This document shows, piece after piece, positions 1-10,382 of a stretch of DNA of 64,000 nucleotides. The stretch is from a virus. A model generated the notes under the pieces. It had not been told where the DNA came from and searched no databases. It saw nothing but the letters and a program-made list of their open reading frames with translations. How positions within the stretch are numbered: the first letter of the stretch is position 1; every line of letters starts with the position of its first letter. The stretch is from IMG/VR virus record IMGVR_UViG_3300028840_006907, positions 352,001 through 416,000 of that record. One strand, 5' to 3'. The position numbers and the translations under genes were made by a program.

Positions 1-1
1 T

Positions 2-3000
2 GTTCCTTCAGTAGGGCGCTTAGGAGTAAATAGTTATTCTCCTCAAGACACTATTCATGCACGATCAACTGTACTTGCTTCAGCTTTACGATTAGATACC
101 GATGATGGATTTGCAGGAAGATCTTATCGTGTCGTTTCTGATACCGATGGTGCTTTTAAGATTATCGATGTTGATGCAGGTAATGTGAATAGATTTCAAA
201 TTGCTAATACAGGTACTTTGACAGTTTCAGGTGATGCAACTTTCGATAGTAATTTTCAGATTAACGGTACTGTTACTGTAATAAATACAGAAATAGTAGT
301 AGCTGATCAGCTCGAAATTAATCAAACAGATGATCAGGCTGCGTTAATAGTAAGTCAAGATAATGCAGGTGCCACGGCTACTGTAATGAGAATCGAAAAT
401 GCAGGTTCGGGTCATGCTTTAACCGTAGATTCTGGTAATGTAGGTATTGGTACTTTAACTCCGGCTGCTCCTCTTCATGTTCAAGGAGATATAATTACTG
501 CTAATGGGTATAATATCGGAGACACCACTCATCGAATTGGTACTCTCTGGATGGCTTCCACTGTAGATTATCAAACAAATTTAAATTTTTATTCTGGTGG
601 AAATAATGTTACCTTTGCCACGGGTGGTAATGTTGGTATAGGTTCGACTATTCCTACTCAGGCCCTGGATGTGGTTGGAAATATTTTAGGTAGTGCAAAT
701 ATACAGGGTGCAACATTAACTATAAATACAGGACCTTCCCAGTTTACTGGAAATGTTGGTATCGGGATTTCTCCTTCATATCCTCTTCATGTAAGTGGTG
801 CTATTGTAGGAACTACGACAGTAACGGGTGGTACAGGTATTATTGCTTCAACTGGTAATATTACAGCTTCTACAGGAAATATAATAGCAACCTTGGGAGA
901 TATGACAGCGGTTGCAGGGGATATAGCTGCTCCATTAGGTACAATTACGGCATCGAGTTTAAATATAACCTCAGGGCCAACTTCACTTGCTGGCCCTTTT
1001 TCAGTTACGACCCCAGCTACAACTGATACTTATATGGAAATTAGTAGAGCTGGTTTTCCTGCATTCAAAGTCCAGACTTATTATGTTGCTTCACCTACTA
1101 CAAGCAGAATTGTGGAAATGGGTGCTACTGACGGTGGACAGACACATATTACTTATGGTAGTGGCGGTCCAACACGTCGAGCCATTTCGATTTTAAGTGC
1201 TGGTGCTACTTTAGGTTATGTAGGTATAGGTACTCAAACCCCCGCACAAAGACTTCAAGTTCAAGGTAATATTCAAGTAGAAGGTGATTTTTTAGGAAAG
1301 CCTACTGCAAGTGCTTCGAATATAGGTAGTTCTACTCGTCGGATTGGTACTATTTATATGGATTCGACAGTTAACACAGGTTCTACGGGTTTAACAATAG
1401 CGCCTAGTGGGAGCCCGATGTTATATGTCACTCCAAGTGGAGTAGGTATAGGAACAGATTTTCCTGTCAATTTATTAGATGTGAGAAGTTCTGGTGCTGT
1501 GGCTGCTCAGCTTCAGGCTGGTTCTGGTGGAAACAATGCATTTTTTAGAGTGAGAGCAAATGGTATTGGTGGAGATGCATCTATAGTAGTGGATTCAGGG
1601 GATGCTGCTAATGCTTCTACAGTAGATTTTTATTTTGCTGGTAATCCTGGTGGTTCGATAGAATATAAGGGTTGGAATATGAATATAAACAACTCTATAG
1701 GTTATACGAGCGTGAATATTGGGAGTCAACCAGTATTAAAAGTGGACTCACCAGGAGTCGATGTTAGTACATCAGGTAATTTAACAATGAATCTTCGAGG
1801 TGGTCCAACTAATAGCATAAATTTAGACTTTGGTAATACCTTTTTAGCTTATGCAGGTATTCATCAACCTCATTTTCTTGATACTACGGTATATAATAAT
1901 ATTGGCAAGATCATTTTAACGCCCAGTACTAACATGCTTTATGCAACAAGTACTGGTGTTGGTATATTTCAAGCGGATGTCCCTAGCGCTTTTCTACATG
2001 TAAAGAGTACTGTAGGGGCTGCTGATGCTAAGATTGAATCGACAGTAGGAAATGCTCAATTAGATCTTACTCCTCAATTTAATGCTAATGCTATTCTAAA
2101 TATGACTGCATTTTCCGGTATTCAGCAGACAGGTGCTACAGACATGACCATGTTTAATAATATCGGAAGAATTGTTTTAACTCCAAGTTCTAATATGCTT
2201 TATGCTACAAGTACAGGAGTTGGAATTTTTCAAGCTGATGTTCCTACCGCTTTTTTACATGTTAAGAGTACAGTTGGACTAGCTGATGCGAAAATTGAGT
2301 CCACAGTAGGAAATGCTAAATTAACATTTACTCCGCAATTTAGTTCTAATGCAATTATCGAATTTGGAGCATTTGCAGGTATTCAACAAACTGGTTTTAC
2401 TGATACTACTGTGTTTAATAATGCAGGTCAGATTGTTTTGTCTCCTAGTTTAGGAGTGTTGCGTGCTTCAAGTGCAGGTGTAGGTCTTACTTATGGTGAT
2501 ACTTTTACACCAGGTTATTTGTTGCATATGTATAGAAGTTCTGGATCTACTGAAGCAAAAATTGAATCAGATGATAATAATGCCCGATTAAGGCTTGATT
2601 GTGGTAATAATCAGGAGAGTGAAATATTTTTTCAAGAACAGGGTAATAATGAAGCGTCTATTCAATATAATGCCACTAATCAAAGATTATACATTCGTGG
2701 TTCAGATGGCCTCAGATTTGGGACATATCCATCAACCAACACAATGAATTTATATAGTAGTGGTCTTATCCATTATTCAGCATACGAAGCTCATCCTTAT
2801 ACAGGTGGTGGAGATGGTTATCATTTCGATCTATGTGTTGATAGTGCAGGAGATATGACTACAAATAGAGTTCAGAATATTGAAGTTTATGGGACTCTTG
2901 GTTCAGGAACTAGTGGTTTAATAGATTTAAGTGGTCGCAGTAGTCAGATTAACAATAATACTTTTATTGCTTTTGACTTATCTGTTAAACATCTTGGTTT

Positions 3001-3172
3001 TGGAGATGTCTGGTATCCACCAGGTTATGATTCGTCTGGTACTATCAAACATTATGATGCACGTTTTCAAATTCCAAGTGGCCCTGCTGTTATTCTTATT
3101 AATCGTGGAGCTGATATGGATGGTGCTAATCCTTATAGGTTACTCGTTTGGTTTCGTACTGTAAGTCATTAA
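2..3172 (+). CDS. Giant fibre-like repeat protein, 5'-truncated by window edge (at least 1056 aa)
   Basis: Frame is open from nt 2 to the GTG at 185 listed by the ORF track, so the gene continues upstream. Protein carries recurring G-N-V-G-I-G-T-x-x-P-x-x-x-L-H-V motifs and three tandem ~87-aa repeats. Confidence 0.75.
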   Translation, partial: VPSVGRLGVNSYSPQDTIHARSTVLASALRLDTDDGFAGRSYRVVSDTDGAFKIIDVDAGNVNRFQIANTGTLTVSGDATFDSNFQINGTVTVINTEIVVADQLEINQTDDQAALIVSQDNAGATATVMRIENAGSGHALTVDSGNVGIGTLTPAAPLHVQGDIITANGYNIGDTTHRIGTLWMASTVDYQTNLNFYSGGNNVTFATGGNVGIGSTIPTQALDVVGNILGSANIQGATLTINTGPSQFTGNVGIGISPSYPLHVSGAIVGTTTVTGGTGIIASTGNITASTGNIIATLGDMTAVAGDIAAPLGTITASSLNITSGPTSLAGPFSVTTPATTDTYMEISRAGFPAFKVQTYYVASPTTSRIVEMGATDGGQTHITYGSGGPTRRAISILSAGATLGYVGIGTQTPAQRLQVQGNIQVEGDFLGKPTASASNIGSSTRRIGTIYMDSTVNTGSTGLTIAPSGSPMLYVTPSGVGIGTDFPVNLLDVRSSGAVAAQLQAGSGGNNAFFRVRANGIGGDASIVVDSGDAANASTVDFYFAGNPGGSIEYKGWNMNINNSIGYTSVNIGSQPVLKVDSPGVDVSTSGNLTMNLRGGPTNSINLDFGNTFLAYAGIHQPHFLDTTVYNNIGKIILTPSTNMLYATSTGVGIFQADVPSAFLHVKSTVGAADAKIESTVGNAQLDLTPQFNANAILNMTAFSGIQQTGATDMTMFNNIGRIVLTPSSNMLYATSTGVGIFQADVPTAFLHVKSTVGLADAKIESTVGNAKLTFTPQFSSNAIIEFGAFAGIQQTGFTDTTVFNNAGQIVLSPSLGVLRASSAGVGLTYGDTFTPGYLLHMYRSSGSTEAKIESDDNNARLRLDCGNNQESEIFFQEQGNNEASIQYNATNQRLYIRGSDGLRFGTYPSTNTMNLYSSGLIHYSAYEAHPYTGGGDGYHFDLCVDSAGDMTTNRVQNIEVYGTLGSGTSGLIDLSGRSSQINNNTFIAFDLSVKHLGFGDVWYPPGYDSSGTIKHYDARFQIPSGPAVILINRGADMDGANPYRLLVWFRTVSH
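1910..2690 (+). repeat. Intragenic tandem repeat, ~261 bp unit, about 3 copies
   Basis: Units begin near 1910, 2171 and 2432 (IILTPSTNMLYATSTGVGIFQADVP... / RIVLTPSSNMLYATSTGVGIFQADVP... / QIVLSPSLGVLRASSAGVGL...). Protein identity is higher than nucleotide identity. Confidence 0.7.
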
Positions 3173-3250
3173 TAATTTAATAATCATTTAATATTTAACA
3201 TATAGGTAAATATCTAAATTTAAATTTAAATAAAATAAGTGAGGTTTTAT

Positions 3251-3553
3251 ATGTCTGGTGATCAAAGAGAACAAATACCACCTCCAACAGTGGTTGATGG
3301 CCCAGGAGTGGCAGAAGAGAAGCAAGAAACAGTTAACAAGACAGTTGATTCCAAAGTAAATTTGAATGTGGATCCAATTACTGCAATCAATTTAAATGCT
3401 TTGGAATATGATAGAAAGATAAGAGAGGCTGAGGCAGTTGTAGCCCAGTTAAAGAGTGAGAGAGCTGCTTACATTTATGATGCAAATGTAAAGAATCTTG
3501 TGGCTCAAGCTCAGGCTCAACAAAATCAACCTCAAAACCCAGTACAAAATTAA
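3251..3553 (+). CDS. Hypothetical protein (Q/N-rich C-terminus)
   Basis: ORF track frame; I prefer the ATG at 3251 with GAGG 7 nt upstream over the GTG at 3239. Stop overlaps the next start region. Confidence 0.5.
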   Translation: MSGDQREQIPPPTVVDGPGVAEEKQETVNKTVDSKVNLNVDPITAINLNALEYDRKIREAEAVVAQLKSERAAYIYDANVKNLVAQAQAQQNQPQNPVQN

Positions 3554-3555
3554 TT

Positions 3556-3834
3556 ATGAATCCAATTGTAAATTATATTGATCTCAAGACACCTTTTGGA
3601 ACAAATATTCCGTTAGTTCAAAAAAGGTTATCAAAAAATTCTACGAGGAATTTTAATGATAAGCAGGAATTTATTGATCATATTGATTCGATAAAGCCTT
3701 CTCGAAGAGTTGATACTTATCTTGTGATAAAATGTAGCTGTGAAAAAGAATATGAATATAAAAATAAGGATGAAGTACCTTCTTCTGGTTTAGTTTGTGG
3801 TTGCAAGAGAGTTTTACTCAAATACGGTAACTGA
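3556..3834 (+). CDS. Small Cys-cluster protein (CxC...CxC), possible Zn-binding
   Basis: 92-aa ORF with KCSCEKE and VCGCKR pairs; starts 3 nt after the previous stop. Confidence 0.5.
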   Translation: MNPIVNYIDLKTPFGTNIPLVQKRLSKNSTRNFNDKQEFIDHIDSIKPSRRVDTYLVIKCSCEKEYEYKNKDEVPSSGLVCGCKRVLLKYGN

Positions 3835-3911
3835 CTCTCGATGATGTGTTTCATAGGTTTTTCATTTTTTCCTTCTTATTTAAAAATGTAGAACTTTGAG
3901 GTTAAAGAATT

Positions 3912-3943
3912 AAAAAAGGGCGATTGGTGAGTCGCCCTTTTTT
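3912..3943 (+). terminator. Intrinsic terminator (bidirectional-looking)
   Basis: AAAAAAGGGCGA-TTGGTGAG-TCGCCCTTTTTT: 12-bp stem with 6-bp GC core, 8-nt loop, T6 tail, and an A-tract on the 5' side. Confidence 0.75.
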
Positions 3944-4008
3944 AATTTTCTTCTAATATCATAATACTCTATAGAATCAATTTAATATCTATTATAAAAG
4001 GTATAATT

Positions 4009-6234
4009 ATGTCTTACATGTTTCGATTGACTGTTGATAGTAGCAAAATAATAGGAACTGATAAAACAGATTTTCCTGTTTTATTTAATGAAAATTGTTC
4101 GAATATACCATCTTCTTTTTGGTCTAATATCACTGATGTAACAGATGGATTAGATGTTCGTTTTTATGATAGTACATCAAAATCAATTGAATATTCAAGA
4201 GAAGTTGTATCAGTTGATGCTACTGGTGAAACTATTGAATCATGGGTACAAATACCTTCTTTAAGTGTTAGTGCAGATACTGATCTTTATTGTGAAGTTG
4301 GAGGTGGTGATCGAACAAATGATACTGATATATGGACTGATTTAGGGGCACTTGGAATTTATCATATGGAAAACACTGCTAGTTCTGTTGATAATGGAAA
4401 AGATGCAACAAATAGTGATGCCACTTCCATAACTGGAAGAATAGGAAGATGTTACGATTTTGACGGTACAAGTAATTATATGGTAATGGATAATTATACC
4501 TTTTTAACTTCTAATCCTTACTATGTTTCTGCCTGGATTAATATGGATAACACTAAAGTAACTGATCCAAGTTGGGAGGATCAATTCGCTACCATATTTA
4601 ATAGATTAGAGAAGTGTAATGAATCTGTATCAGGAAGAGGATCATGCTCATTTGATTTTGGTGTTGATAGAGATGCTAAAGTAGGCTTTTTTGTTGGAGA
4701 TAATTTAACTAATGTATGTTCTAATGCAGGTTATCATCAAGATAGGTATACCACAGATAGCACTATTAATATGAATACATGGTATCATGTTGGTGTCTGG
4801 ATTGAAGATATTTCACAAACAACACCTAACCGTATTGTGAAATTTTATATAGATGGTCAATTGGTCTCTTCTACAGAGAATATTAGTGCCGCTGTTGACT
4901 ATTCGAATACTCATAGACCAGGTGAACAAACTCGAATTGGTAGTGGATATAGAATAGGGGGAGCACACTATCAAAATTTTAATGGTCGAATAGATGAATT
5001 AAGAATATTTAATGGTTCAGATTTTGATTCTAGTTGGATTGAGACAAGTTATAATACTCAAAGTGATCCAGCTTCATTTCTTTCTGGTAGTACCCTTCCA
5101 TTTCAATTTAATGTGAATGTCATATCAGATTATGTCCCTGGTTCAGATAAAACGAATTTTCCAGTAATGTTTACTCAAGATTGTAGCAATGTACCCTCCG
5201 AGTTATGGGATCATGTTTCGGATACGACAAATGGATTAGATATTAGATTTTATAGTGATTCTGGAAAGAGTGTTGAATATGATCGTGAAATTGTTCTTTA
5301 TGATCGGACTGGTCAAAAAGTAGAAGCTTATATAAAAGTACCTACATTAAATGCTTCTTCAAATACAACTTTTGTATGTGAAATAGGGGATGCTACAAAA
5401 GCTAATGATCAAATTTGGGCCGATTCTAGCGCTAGAGGTATATACCATCTTCAAAAGAGTTTAATGGATTATTCTCCAAGAGGACTGGATGGTACAAATA
5501 ATGGTTCTTTAGACTCAACAGGAAAAATAAATGACGCTTATTCATTTAATGATAGCCATGTCCAAATTTATGAGAGTACTGCTTATAATGATACTGTAGC
5601 AATAAGTGCATGGATAAATCTTAATTCTTATCCGCCAAATAATTCTTTAACAGGTTCTCCGAACTATGGCCGTGCAAGTATTTACAATACGGCAGTTATC
5701 TGTTCAACCACTTATAGAGGTTGGATTCCCATGAGTTTTAATATTACACCAACTGGTGAACTTGATTTTTGGGTTAGGACAAGTGTTAGTTGTGGTGGTG
5801 GAGCAACTACATGGGGCTATCGAACGGATAGTACACATATCAGTCTTTATAATTGGCATCATGTCATGGCTGTTATAAATAATTATACAGATGGTGCAAC
5901 AAGATCTCTGACATTTTATGTAGATGGTCAATCGGTAGCTGCTACAAAAGTTTATACTGCAGAATTTGCCCCGGTATACGCTGGTGGTATTCAAACAAGA
6001 ATTGGGTCCCAGTATAAAACTTCAGGTGTTAATGAGTGGCGAATAGATGGTATTATTGATGAATTGCGGATTCATGATGGTTGGGAGCCTCCTGATACTG
6101 ATTGGATAGAGACTGATTATAATAATCAAAATGATCCGAATACGTTTATTATTTGCGGGGATGTTCCAACTCCTCCTTCTACTTCTGTACCTGTAATGCG
6201 AAGAAGACAAAAAGTGAACAGTAGTGGTTTTTAA
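4009..6234 (+). CDS. Fibre/adhesin-like protein with two tandem DUF2341-like + LamG/ConA-like jelly-roll units
   Basis: N-terminal MFRLTVD...TDFPVLFNE...DVRFYDS...SVEYSREVV...WVQIPSL motif repeated at aa ~372 (TNFPVMFTQ...DIRFYSD...VEYDREIV). LamG-type motifs FNGRIDELRIFNG and IDGIIDELRIHDG. Confidence 0.8.
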   Translation: MSYMFRLTVDSSKIIGTDKTDFPVLFNENCSNIPSSFWSNITDVTDGLDVRFYDSTSKSIEYSREVVSVDATGETIESWVQIPSLSVSADTDLYCEVGGGDRTNDTDIWTDLGALGIYHMENTASSVDNGKDATNSDATSITGRIGRCYDFDGTSNYMVMDNYTFLTSNPYYVSAWINMDNTKVTDPSWEDQFATIFNRLEKCNESVSGRGSCSFDFGVDRDAKVGFFVGDNLTNVCSNAGYHQDRYTTDSTINMNTWYHVGVWIEDISQTTPNRIVKFYIDGQLVSSTENISAAVDYSNTHRPGEQTRIGSGYRIGGAHYQNFNGRIDELRIFNGSDFDSSWIETSYNTQSDPASFLSGSTLPFQFNVNVISDYVPGSDKTNFPVMFTQDCSNVPSELWDHVSDTTNGLDIRFYSDSGKSVEYDREIVLYDRTGQKVEAYIKVPTLNASSNTTFVCEIGDATKANDQIWADSSARGIYHLQKSLMDYSPRGLDGTNNGSLDSTGKINDAYSFNDSHVQIYESTAYNDTVAISAWINLNSYPPNNSLTGSPNYGRASIYNTAVICSTTYRGWIPMSFNITPTGELDFWVRTSVSCGGGATTWGYRTDSTHISLYNWHHVMAVINNYTDGATRSLTFYVDGQSVAATKVYTAEFAPVYAGGIQTRIGSQYKTSGVNEWRIDGIIDELRIHDGWEPPDTDWIETDYNNQNDPNTFIICGDVPTPPSTSVPVMRRRQKVNSSGF

Positions 6235-6298
6235 AAAAATTCTTCCTTTATTAATCTATTAATATTCATCCTTCTTTAATAGCCTTAATAATAAGAAA

Positions 6299-6344
6299 GG
6301 GCTGTGATTTATCAATTGTTGATAAGGTCCCTTAATCTTTTTTT
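6299..6344 (+). terminator. Putative intrinsic terminator containing a TTATCAA-TTG-TTGATAA palindrome
   Basis: Inverted repeat 6309-6325 flanked by GGG/CCC, followed by a T7 run at 6338-6344. Confidence 0.4.
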
Positions 6345-6400
6345 GTTATGGCCATGAAAAAAGAATCAAATGGCTTTTATATAATTAAGGAGCTGATACT

Positions 6401-9400
6401 ATGCCTGAAAGAGTCCTAAGAAAATTTGGTGTGGCAGCATCAGTTGATTTTACCCTATTCGAAACAGATGGAATTAACTTTAAAACTGATGCAACGCATG
6501 CCTCCGGTGACACAAAAATAAGAAAAGACACGAGTGCTGAAGTAAATACAACAAATGGATTTACAGATCAAACTACATCATATGCAATAGCATTTACCTC
6601 TGCTGAACTGTCTGCTAAGAGAATATTTGTTGGAATTGTTGATCAAGGTACAAAAACTTGGCTCGATGATTATTTAATGATTGAGACTTACGGACATCCT
6701 CAAGCAATGCACCCCTTTGATCTTGGTGCTGATTTAACTGATTATAATGAGACCTGGAAATTTAAACAAATCGATATCCAGAATGATTCAGGATCTGCAT
6801 TTAGAGCACATTCAACGGGTAGTAGTGGCCATGGTATCGATGCCTCTGGATATGATTTAGGTCACGGTATATATGCCAAAGGTGGTAATACGGATGGTGT
6901 TGGAATTTTTGCTAAAGGTGGTGAAACCGGGCATGGCTTTTATGGAGAAGGAGGTGCTGATTATGGAGATGGTATTCATGGTGAGGCTGTTGGTATCGGT
7001 ACAGGATCTCGTAAGGGTATAGTAGGTATCGGAGAAGGTGGAAACGCTGGGATTTATGCTGAAGGTGGTAGTACTGGTCATGGGTTTAGTTGTGAGGGTG
7101 GTACCGGTGGTGCTGGTATATCTTGTCTTGGAGGTACAAATGGCCATGGTTTTCTGACTTCAGGTACTGGTACTGGAGAAGGTATTTATGCTGTTGGAGA
7201 TATAGGGATTTTTGCTCAAGGTAATGGAAATCCAGGTCATGGTATGAGCCTATTTGGAGCTTCTAATGGCCATGGATTACAGATCTCTGGATCTGGTTCT
7301 AATTTTAATGGAATCAATGTAGTATCTGCAGTGGGTGTAGGTATTGAAGTAAATGCTGGTACAAATCAAAATGCTATTGAGATTTATGGTAATGGTACCG
7401 GAAACGGTGTTAATATAGTTGGTGGTGGTACATCAGGTTCAGCTATGAATCTTACTGCAACGTCTGGTTATGCTATAGATGCTTCAGGAGGTGGAACTTT
7501 TGCTGCTGTTCATCTACAAGGTGGTACAGGAAATCCTGGTTTAAAAGTTCTCGGAGATGGTACAGGTGAAGGTCTCTATGCTGAAGGAGGAGCAACAGCT
7601 AATGGCATTATTGCTAAAGCGGGTTCTACCTCTGGAACAGGTCTTGTTTGTCAATCCCCTACTGCTGGAGATGGTGTAGCAATGTATGGAAAGAGTACTG
7701 GCAAAGGTCTTAGAATTACTGCTGATCAAGAAGCAGTGGCAATTTCTGCCGGTACCGGTATTGGAATTAATGTTATAGCTGGTACTCAAGGTATCAGTTT
7801 AACGGGTCTTGCAAATGAAGGATTAAAGATATTAGGTGCAACACATGGAATTAGTACAGCATCATTTGGAACTGGACATGGCATAGATGCTTCTGGTGGT
7901 GGTGCTAATGCAGCGGTTCTTCTAACAGGTGGAACAGGTCAGGCTGGTTTGAAATTGGTAGGTACGGGCACAGTTGGGCTGGATACGGCTGAAATCGGAA
8001 CGCCTCCAGCTATCTTTGATGGTACTGCAAGTCCAAGCATATATGCGATGCTTACGGCAATGTCTGATGCAAGTGGTGGTTCTGATTTCACTGCTAGTAT
8101 CGATAGTTTAGTTGCTATTTCTAGTCAGGTTGGAGGAATGTCCACAGATGTAAATGTAGTCTCTATTGATGGTCAGGCTACAAGTGGTAACAATGCAACT
8201 CTTAATTTGAAACAATTAAATATCGTTAATAATTCAGGATCAGCCATTGTCGCTCACTCAACTGGTTCTGATGGTCATGGTTTGGATGCTTCAGGTAATA
8301 ACAATGGTAGCGGAATATATGCCTATGGTGGTAATAATAGTAGCGGAAGCGGAATATATGCTAATGGTGGCTTACAGGGAACCGGTTTCCATATAATTTC
8401 TTCAGGAGATAATGCCTTACATATTGAAACTAGCGGATCAGGTTCTAATGGAATCTATGCTAAAGGATTTGGTTCTGGGCATGGCGTGAACTTTGTTGGA
8501 GGAGCTTCATCTGGGTCAATCGGTCTCAGAGCTTCAGGTGAGACAGCGGGTATTTACGCAAGAGGAGAAAATTCTACGAGTGGTGACGGTATAAAAGCTG
8601 AATCTGTAGAACATGGGCATGGTATAAATGCCCTTGGTGGTGAAGGTGGTGCTCCTCCAAGCGGTGACGGTATTCATGCTGAAGCCCGTCATGGAGACCA
8701 TTATGGTATTTACGCGGGTGGTTTTGGCTCTGGAAGTGGCATGTATAGTAAAGGTGGTTTATGGGGTCATGGAGTTGAGTTTAGAGGTGGGGATAATTCT
8801 GGTGCAGGTTTACTTCTTGCAGTAGATGGAACCAATTCTAATGGCTTGAGTATAACGGGTTCTGATAATAGTTCAGGTGTCTATATTGAAGGTGGTACAT
8901 CAGGACATGGAGTTGAAATAATAGGAGGATCAACATCTGGAAGTGGTATCTATACACGTGCTCTAAATAACGGAATGGGTATCTATGCAATAGGTGGTAA
9001 TTCAGCAGGTGATGGTATAAATGCTCAGTCCCCGGTAGCAGGTAACGGAATTTCAGCAACTGGTTCTCTTATTACGGGTAAAGGAATAGTCAGTACGGGT
9101 GGTATAGCAATGCAACTAGTAGGATTGACTGGAAATGCGCTTGATATGACAACAACTACTGGACATGGTATTCAAATAGATGCTCATGGGTCTGGGAAGA
9201 GTGGTATGTATATACAATCTACTTCATCCTATGGTATGACCGTTGTCGGAACCACTGGAGTAAGATTCCAAGGATTATCAGGTCCAGGTATTGATGTTAA
9301 TGCTATAGGTGGTAATGGTTTAAATATCATAAGTACTGACAATGATGGAGTACATATTGAAGCTGGTGGAAGTAATCCTGGTTTCTACAGTCAAGGATCG

Positions 9401-10318
9401 GGATCACAAGCAGGTATGGAAATTCGTGGTGGTAGTTCTGATGGAAGAGGTTTGTTGGTCCAAGGTGGTGGAAATAGTGAAGGTGCTCGGATTTTAGCTG
9501 GTGGCTCTTTCGATGCCGGTCTCCATATTATGGGCGGTGGGCATGGTTTACAAATTGAAGCTCAAGCCGGTAATTATAATGGTGTTAGAATTCAAGGAAA
9601 TGGGACTGCAAGTGGCCTATATGTTGCTGCTCAATTTGCTGGTTCTGGTAGTGGTGTGGAAATCAGAGGAGCTAGCAATACTGGTGGCCATGGTGTCAAT
9701 ATAACAGGTTTTGGAGGACAAGGGTTAATTGCTACAGGTGATTTGGGTGGTATGAATATAACATGTAGTGGATCAACAGGTGACGGTTTTTATGCTGAGG
9801 GTGGAGATCATGGCCACGGAATCCATGCTGTCGGTGGTGCTGGTGCTGCTCCTCCTCCAAGTGGCCACGGTATTCTGGCTGAAGCCGTCCACGGTGATTA
9901 TAATGGTATTTGTGCCATTGGTCATGATTCCAGTGCTGGTATCGCTGCTATTGGTGGATCTACTGGTCATGGTATTGAGGCAATCGGTGGAGATACAACA
10001 GGTGATGGTATTAATGCTTATGCTCAGACAGGTGACGGCGCTGGAATGCGCTTAAGAGGAGTTGGTACAGGCCATGATCTTGATGCTACTGAAGTCCTTG
10101 GTGGTGGAGGAGGAGGTACTCTAAATGCCTTAACTCTGGATACTGTAGTTGATGGCACCACATTAGAATATGCCTTTATGTTAATGATGGCACGAGTAAA
10201 TGGTAAATATCTTGTTAATGATCCAACGGGAGGAGATATAAGATTCTTCAGACGTGATAATACGACAGAATTAACTCGGGTTCATGTGGATACCGCAGGT
10301 AGAACAAGAACATTCTAA
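6401..10318 (+). CDS. Glycine-rich beta-solenoid-like repeat protein (1305 aa)
   Basis: Dozens of ~11-aa G-x-G-(I/L)-x-A-x-G-G-x-T/S repeats, e.g. GHGIDASGYDLGHGIYAKGGNTDGVGIFAKGG; AAGGAG SD 8 nt before the ATG. Confidence 0.8.
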   Translation: MPERVLRKFGVAASVDFTLFETDGINFKTDATHASGDTKIRKDTSAEVNTTNGFTDQTTSYAIAFTSAELSAKRIFVGIVDQGTKTWLDDYLMIETYGHPQAMHPFDLGADLTDYNETWKFKQIDIQNDSGSAFRAHSTGSSGHGIDASGYDLGHGIYAKGGNTDGVGIFAKGGETGHGFYGEGGADYGDGIHGEAVGIGTGSRKGIVGIGEGGNAGIYAEGGSTGHGFSCEGGTGGAGISCLGGTNGHGFLTSGTGTGEGIYAVGDIGIFAQGNGNPGHGMSLFGASNGHGLQISGSGSNFNGINVVSAVGVGIEVNAGTNQNAIEIYGNGTGNGVNIVGGGTSGSAMNLTATSGYAIDASGGGTFAAVHLQGGTGNPGLKVLGDGTGEGLYAEGGATANGIIAKAGSTSGTGLVCQSPTAGDGVAMYGKSTGKGLRITADQEAVAISAGTGIGINVIAGTQGISLTGLANEGLKILGATHGISTASFGTGHGIDASGGGANAAVLLTGGTGQAGLKLVGTGTVGLDTAEIGTPPAIFDGTASPSIYAMLTAMSDASGGSDFTASIDSLVAISSQVGGMSTDVNVVSIDGQATSGNNATLNLKQLNIVNNSGSAIVAHSTGSDGHGLDASGNNNGSGIYAYGGNNSSGSGIYANGGLQGTGFHIISSGDNALHIETSGSGSNGIYAKGFGSGHGVNFVGGASSGSIGLRASGETAGIYARGENSTSGDGIKAESVEHGHGINALGGEGGAPPSGDGIHAEARHGDHYGIYAGGFGSGSGMYSKGGLWGHGVEFRGGDNSGAGLLLAVDGTNSNGLSITGSDNSSGVYIEGGTSGHGVEIIGGSTSGSGIYTRALNNGMGIYAIGGNSAGDGINAQSPVAGNGISATGSLITGKGIVSTGGIAMQLVGLTGNALDMTTTTGHGIQIDAHGSGKSGMYIQSTSSYGMTVVGTTGVRFQGLSGPGIDVNAIGGNGLNIISTDNDGVHIEAGGSNPGFYSQGSGSQAGMEIRGGSSDGRGLLVQGGGNSEGARILAGGSFDAGLHIMGGGHGLQIEAQAGNYNGVRIQGNGTASGLYVAAQFAGSGSGVEIRGASNTGGHGVNITGFGGQGLIATGDLGGMNITCSGSTGDGFYAEGGDHGHGIHAVGGAGAAPPPSGHGILAEAVHGDYNGICAIGHDSSAGIAAIGGSTGHGIEAIGGDTTGDGINAYAQTGDGAGMRLRGVGTGHDLDATEVLGGGGGGTLNALTLDTVVDGTTLEYAFMLMMARVNGKYLVNDPTGGDIRFFRRDNTTELTRVHVDTAGRTRTF

Positions 10319-10322
10319 AATT

Positions 10323-10357
10323 ATGGGGTAAGGAAACTTGCCCCATATAACTGTTTT
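10323..10357 (+). terminator. Intrinsic terminator (10-bp stem, GAAA tetraloop)
   Basis: ATGGGGTAAG-GAAA-CTTGCCCCAT with one G-U pair, then a T5 run at 10353-10357. Confidence 0.5.
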
Positions 10358-10382
10358 TAACAAAGGCTTATTGGATTAGCTT

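Noticed and set aside
185-187. GTG at 185 as the start of the first gene
   Set aside because: The frame is open from nt 2 and the upstream translation contains the same fibre repeat motif, so the gene continues beyond the window.
3239-3250. GTG at 3239 as start of the 104-aa ORF
   Set aside because: The GTGAGG sequence is better read as the Shine-Dalgarno site for the ATG at 3251.
5704-9970. Short minus-strand ORFs inside the giant genes (5704-5994, 6022-6210, 6857-7147, 7541-7789, 8838-9059, 9773-9970)
   Set aside because: All are nested in long + strand genes with coherent repeats and are T/S/C-rich low-complexity shadows.
987-10055. Nested + strand ORFs in alternative frames (987-1196, 2931-3164, 8628-8825, 9501-9704, 9768-10055)
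   Set aside because: Hydrophobic low-complexity translations of off-frame repetitive DNA, with no independent start context.
6401-10318. Collagen-like protein
   Set aside because: Glycine period is about 11 residues (G-x-G-I-x-A-x-G-G), not G-X-Y triplets, and proline is scarce.
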